DNA from: Welwitschia mirabilis
Lineage: Eukaryota
DNA length: 36,476 nucleotides
NCBI GenBank assembly: GCA_051453625.1
Contig: JBOZIK010000001.1
Span: forward strand, 44,123,536 to 44,160,011
Reading direction: 5' to 3'
Below are positions 36,030 through 36,476 of this stretch, piece after piece. Every line of letters begins with the position of its first letter. The stretch's first letter is position 1. The translations under genes were made by a program, and so were the position numbers. The notes below the pieces were generated by a model, which was not told the DNA's origin, searched no databases, and saw nothing but the letters and a program-made list of their open reading frames with translations.

Positions 36030-36476
36030 TGATTTTGTAATATTTTGTATCCCCCCTTCTATGTATTTTTGTATTAAAACTCATGGCTATATATATTATT
36101 GTGTTGCCAATTTATAGGTATTTGATGGGTTTTATGAGTTTTTTTGTAAGACTTTTATAAAGGTTTTAGTGCAAATCTGAGGATTTTGGAGTTACAAGAG
36201 GAAATCTTAAAAAAGTGCATTTATTATTTGACGCATTTAAGGAACCTTCTGGTGAATAGAGTTTTTTATGATAAAATAGATAAGTTTCTCCTCAAGAACA
36301 AGATTAAAGAAATCCATCATCCCCTCAGTTATCCACACGATAGACAGGACAATGACCCTGATGTGGACTGCTGAGTCATCACTTTTGGAGATATTTTGTA
36401 ATGTATGAGTGCACGTAACTGCACCTTCTGTTTGTCCATTTATGTTATATTCCCTATAAATAAGGTCCCCTTTCTA
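36030..36476 (+). repeat. Possible start of an LTR (runs off the window)
   Basis: Short purine run aagggaag then TGAT at 36030; TATAAATA at 36455; no clear match to the upstream LTR. Confidence 0.3.

Overview
Eukaryotic, land-plant genomic DNA from a gapped scaffold (six N-runs). There is one intact host gene: a 3-exon bHLH transcription factor of subgroup Ia (the SPCH/MUTE/FAMA clade, closest in motifs to bHLH57/67/70-type proteins rather than FAMA). It is join(6355..7137,7252..7725,7838..7936), 451 aa, and sits in a CpG-rich island of about 6 kb (~3330-9550). The rest is AT-rich, CpG-depleted, heavily C-to-T decayed transposon DNA. This comprises an RTE-like LINE reverse-transcriptase relic (~1.0-1.95 kb), an L1 LINE 3' fragment (~18.4 kb) and a long Athila-type Ty3/gypsy element (LTR, tRNA-Asp PBS, gag, duplicated gag/protease block, RT-RH-INT, env-like extra ORF; ~23.5-36 kb). 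The most unusual part is 9.9-18.1 kb, a probable retroelement accessory region with three decayed ORFs. These are a minus-strand Athila-ORF1/Transposase_32-like plus coiled-coil ORF, a downstream minus-strand ORF with HAD/FCP1 (CTD-phosphatase-like) motifs, and a divergent plus-strand ORF of unknown family behind a TATA box; palindromic tandem repeats lie between the two divergent ORFs. All family assignments come from motif recognition by eye; no database search was run.
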